Origin: Geosiphon pyriformis uo1
Lineage: Eukaryota > Fungi > Glomeromycota
Reading direction: 5' to 3'
Assembly: GCA_016748015.1 (NCBI GenBank)
Contig: JAAOMT010000195.1
Location: 30,364 to 40,455 of the forward strand
DNA length: 10,092 bases
This document shows positions 8,543 to 10,092 of this stretch, in pieces. The notes under the pieces were generated by a model. It did no database searches, was not told the origin of the DNA, and saw only the letters and a program-made list of their open reading frames with translations. Made by a program: the position numbers and the translations under genes. The first letter of the stretch is position 1; every line of letters begins with the position of its first letter.

Positions 8543-9285
8543 TTATCACATGTATTAACCACTGATGTCACATAAATTAGCCATTCTATTTTTAGTAAGT
8601 GATTATTGATCTGATCAATGATCTGACTGTTGACTTGATCATTGATCTAATCATTGACCTGATTATTGACTTGATTAATGATCTAATCATTGACCTGATT
8701 ATTGATCTGATTATTGATCTGGTTATTGATCTAGTCATTAACCTAATCATTGACTACTTTTGACAGCTATATAAGCAATAAATCTCTTAGTTATAGAAAA
8801 GCATGAAAGAATCAAAGAAATAAAAGAAATAAAATAACAACTTCATCTCAATCTTTCTCTTATCACTAATTTCTCTTTTCCTACTTTCAAGTATCTGAAC
8901 ATCTTAAAGATAAATAATTACTTGTTGGTTATTCTTTACCCTTTTCCTAAAACGTGTAATTGCAGCATTTAAAGATTATTAAATAAAATATGACTGAAGA
9001 GCACATCTGATACTTGATATTGAATTCTAAAAGTGCTGATGTAAGGCATAGAATTATACCAAGTGTGATCATTTGTTGACAGTACAGACTATTCCTCTAC
9101 CTTCAGATTTCTTAGTTACCTTTGAAAAGTATAGCGACTGAGATATTTTATGAGACTGATCTTGCACATTGAATCCATATTCATTCAATTTGCTCTTTGA
9201 AGTTGAATTCCCTTTGATTATTTCTATCACTCTACAATTCTGTTCTTCCTTGCTATCTATTAGCTTATTACTCCAACTTGTAACA
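8512..9285 (+). repeat. 3' LTR (774 bp)
   Basis: Starts TGTTATAGTTG directly after a purine tract and ends CAACTTGTAACA. It is 132 bp longer than the 5' LTR, exactly 11 extra 12-bp units. Confidence 0.96.
8601..8756 (+). repeat. Tandem array of 13 x 12 bp (consensus close to GATCATTGACCT) in 3' LTR U3
   Basis: Units read directly: gattattgatct, gatcaatgatct, gactgttgactt, gatcattgatct, aatcattgacct ... aatcattgacta. Confidence 0.95.
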
Positions 9286-9289
9286 ATAT
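9286..9289 (+). repeat. Right target-site duplication ATAT
   Basis: ATAT directly follows ...TGTAACA (9285) and matches 1536-1539. Confidence 0.8.
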
Positions 9290-9429
9290 TATTGTTTTTC
9301 AATATAATTAAAAAAATAATTAAAAAATTTATATAAAAAACAAATAAGCTTTAAATTAACTCAATAAAATTATAAAAAACATAAAACTCTTAAAAAAACA
9401 ACTATAAAAATACAAATAAAAATTTTGAA

Positions 9430-10041
9430 TATTATATAATTAAATATTTTTAAAGTTTTAATTATTATTAATATTATATGTATTAATTATTTATTATTAT
9501 ATAATTAACCATTTTATTTTCAGATAATAATTGTTAATTTGATTAATAATTTGATTATTAATCTAATTATTAACTTAATTATTAATTTAATTGTTAATCT
9601 AATTATTAATAGTTACATATAAAAAAACATAAAATCTAAAAATTAAATACAATAAAAATATATCCAATATTTTTTCTTATTTTATTTATTTCTCTTTTTT
9701 AATTTTTTATCTTTAAGTATTTAAATATTTGTAAATAAAAAACTAATTGGTATTTCTTAATTTAATTTAAAAAATATTTGTTTGCTTTTGTAATTTTTTG
9801 AATAAAAAAACAATTAAAAAGCACAATACCTATTATTGATTTTTAAAATCGCCAAGTAAAACATAAAATAATCGCAATAGTGTTATTTTATTAACAATCA
9901 TGAACTATTTTTCTATTTTCAAATTTTCCAAAAAAAATTAAGTGATTCTAAAATTGATTACACATTGAATCTTTACAAATTCAATTCGTTTCTTTGATTG
10001 AATTTCCTTTTTTATTATTTCCATTACTCAAACCCGTAACA
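9430..10041 (+). mobile_element. Heavily AT-eroded solo LTR of a related family (left boundary approximate)
   Basis: Colinear remnants of the LTR: attatatgtattaattat (cf. atcacatgtattaactac), about 7 12-bp units at 9529-9612, ctttaagtatttaaatat, acattgaatc...tcaattcgttctttga. Ends AACCCGTAACA followed by ATAT. No PBS follows and no internal region precedes it. Confidence 0.8.
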
Positions 10042-10092
10042 ATATATTGTTCAATTAATTAATCTAAAATATTGAATTGTTAATCTAATAAA

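Larger units (their letters stand above)
1540..9285 (+). mobile_element. Full-length degenerate Ty3/Gypsy LTR retrotransposon (LTR-gag-pol-ORF3-LTR)
   Basis: Two direct LTRs with TG...CA termini, flanking ATAT duplication, PBS and PPT. Domain order is Gag-PR-RT-RH-IN, with IN after RH as in Gypsy. All frames carry stops or frameshifts. Confidence 0.97.

Noticed and set aside
8601-8756. CRISPR-like array
   Set aside because: Contiguous 12-bp units with no unique spacers, located inside an LTR, with no cas genes.
9069-9302. Minus-strand 77-aa ORF over the 3' LTR
   Set aside because: Its start codon lies in flanking DNA outside the LTR, so it cannot be an element-encoded gene; no motif.

Overview
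The window holds a full-length but mutationally inactivated Ty3/Gypsy-type (Metaviridae) LTR retrotransposon (1540-9285, + strand) in very AT-rich eukaryotic DNA. The host is most plausibly an early-diverging fungus (inference only). Visible parts: 5' LTR 1540-2181, 3' LTR 8512-9285, a 4-bp ATAT target-site duplication, a tRNA-type PBS, gag with an extra N-terminal HHCC-type domain, an in-phase U_UUA_AAC -1 frameshift site into pol, PR-RT-RNaseH-IN in Gypsy order, and a degenerate PPT. Unusual parts: an acidic plus Trp/Cys-rich insert between PR and RT, a possibly separate integrase ORF, and an uncharacterised ~240-codon ORF3 in the env position, preceded by a branch-point/acceptor motif and running into the 3' LTR. 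A 12-bp U3 tandem repeat has 2 copies in the 5' LTR and 13 in the 3' LTR. Decay is almost entirely C>T/G>A transitions (RIP-like). A second, more eroded related solo LTR lies at about 9430-10041 and is also followed by ATAT.
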